From Candidatus Poribacteria bacterium (GTDB taxonomy: Bacteria > Poribacteria > WGA-4E > UBA9662), in the NCBI GenBank assembly GCA_046582655.1, contig JAYGDX010000348.1, forward strand, positions 1 to 48,973: a stretch of 48,973 bases of DNA, given 5' to 3'. A model generated the notes under the pieces. That model saw only the letters and a list, made by a program, of their open reading frames with translations. It did no database searches and was not told where the DNA came from. The translations under genes were made by a program, and so were the position numbers. Below, in pieces: positions 48,754 to 48,973 of this stretch. Every line of letters starts with the position of its first letter. Position 1 is the stretch's first letter.

Positions 48754-48973
48754 GAATATTGGGCTAAAATCATGGTATGGATAAAAAATACCCGAGTGAT
48801 ATGAGTGATAAGGAATGGGAGATAATCAAAGACGAATTCCCTCGGCGAAAAAAAACAGGTGGCCCAAGGAGATATGAGATAAGAGAGGTGGTGAATGCGG
48901 TATTTCACACTTCCAGAGGAGGGTGTTCATGGCCAATGCTTCCCAATGACTTTCCCCCCTGGAAAAGTGTGTA
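48725..48973 (+). mobile_element. IS5-family insertion sequence (IS1031-like), left end, truncated by the window edge
   Basis: Terminal GAGGGTGTCTAAAAAC preceded by TGA (TNA-type target); transposase start 52 nt inside. Confidence 0.8.
48777..48973 (+). CDS. IS5-family transposase N-terminus (DUF4096-like), partial
   Basis: MDKKYPSDMSDKEWEIIK..REVVNAVFH..RGGCSWPMLPNDFPPWKSVY matches YPSD....W / R.GC.W..LP..FPPW..VY. Confidence 0.9.
   Translation, partial: MDKKYPSDMSDKEWEIIKDEFPRRKKTGGPRRYEIREVVNAVFHTSRGGCSWPMLPNDFPPWKSV

Overview
Bacterial chromosomal window ending inside an IS5-family element. Gene content suggests Candidatus Poribacteria (inference): secreted LamG-type proteins with a shared V-x3-GK-x-T-x-W-x2-(I/L)K C-terminal tail, four PhyH-family dioxygenases, sulfatases, Asp-box sialidase-like proteins and mandelate-racemase enzymes. 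The first ~13 kb is an intact, tightly packed + strand block: 2 LamG paralogs, iscS, a cytochrome c/copper-monooxygenase fusion, Mrp, glcD, a Zn-ribbon membrane protein, glcE, NUDIX, dsbD and a TPR protein. A standalone Cys-free rpsD follows. From ~16 kb onward the window is an accessory catabolic region that is visibly eroding. About eight gene relics can be read there: sialidase-like, epoxide hydrolase, GH36-like, WG-repeat, membrane protein, sulfatase, FG-GAP protein and a possible kinase. Best candidates for undescribed biology: (i) the shared C-terminal tail on unrelated secreted proteins, a putative sorting or anchoring signal; (ii) the heme c + PHM-like Cu monooxygenase lipoprotein coupled to iscS; (iii) a glcD-X-glcE arrangement with a 4xCxxC membrane protein and no glcF. 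No rRNA, tRNA or CRISPR array was seen. All family calls come from motif recognition by eye, not database searches.
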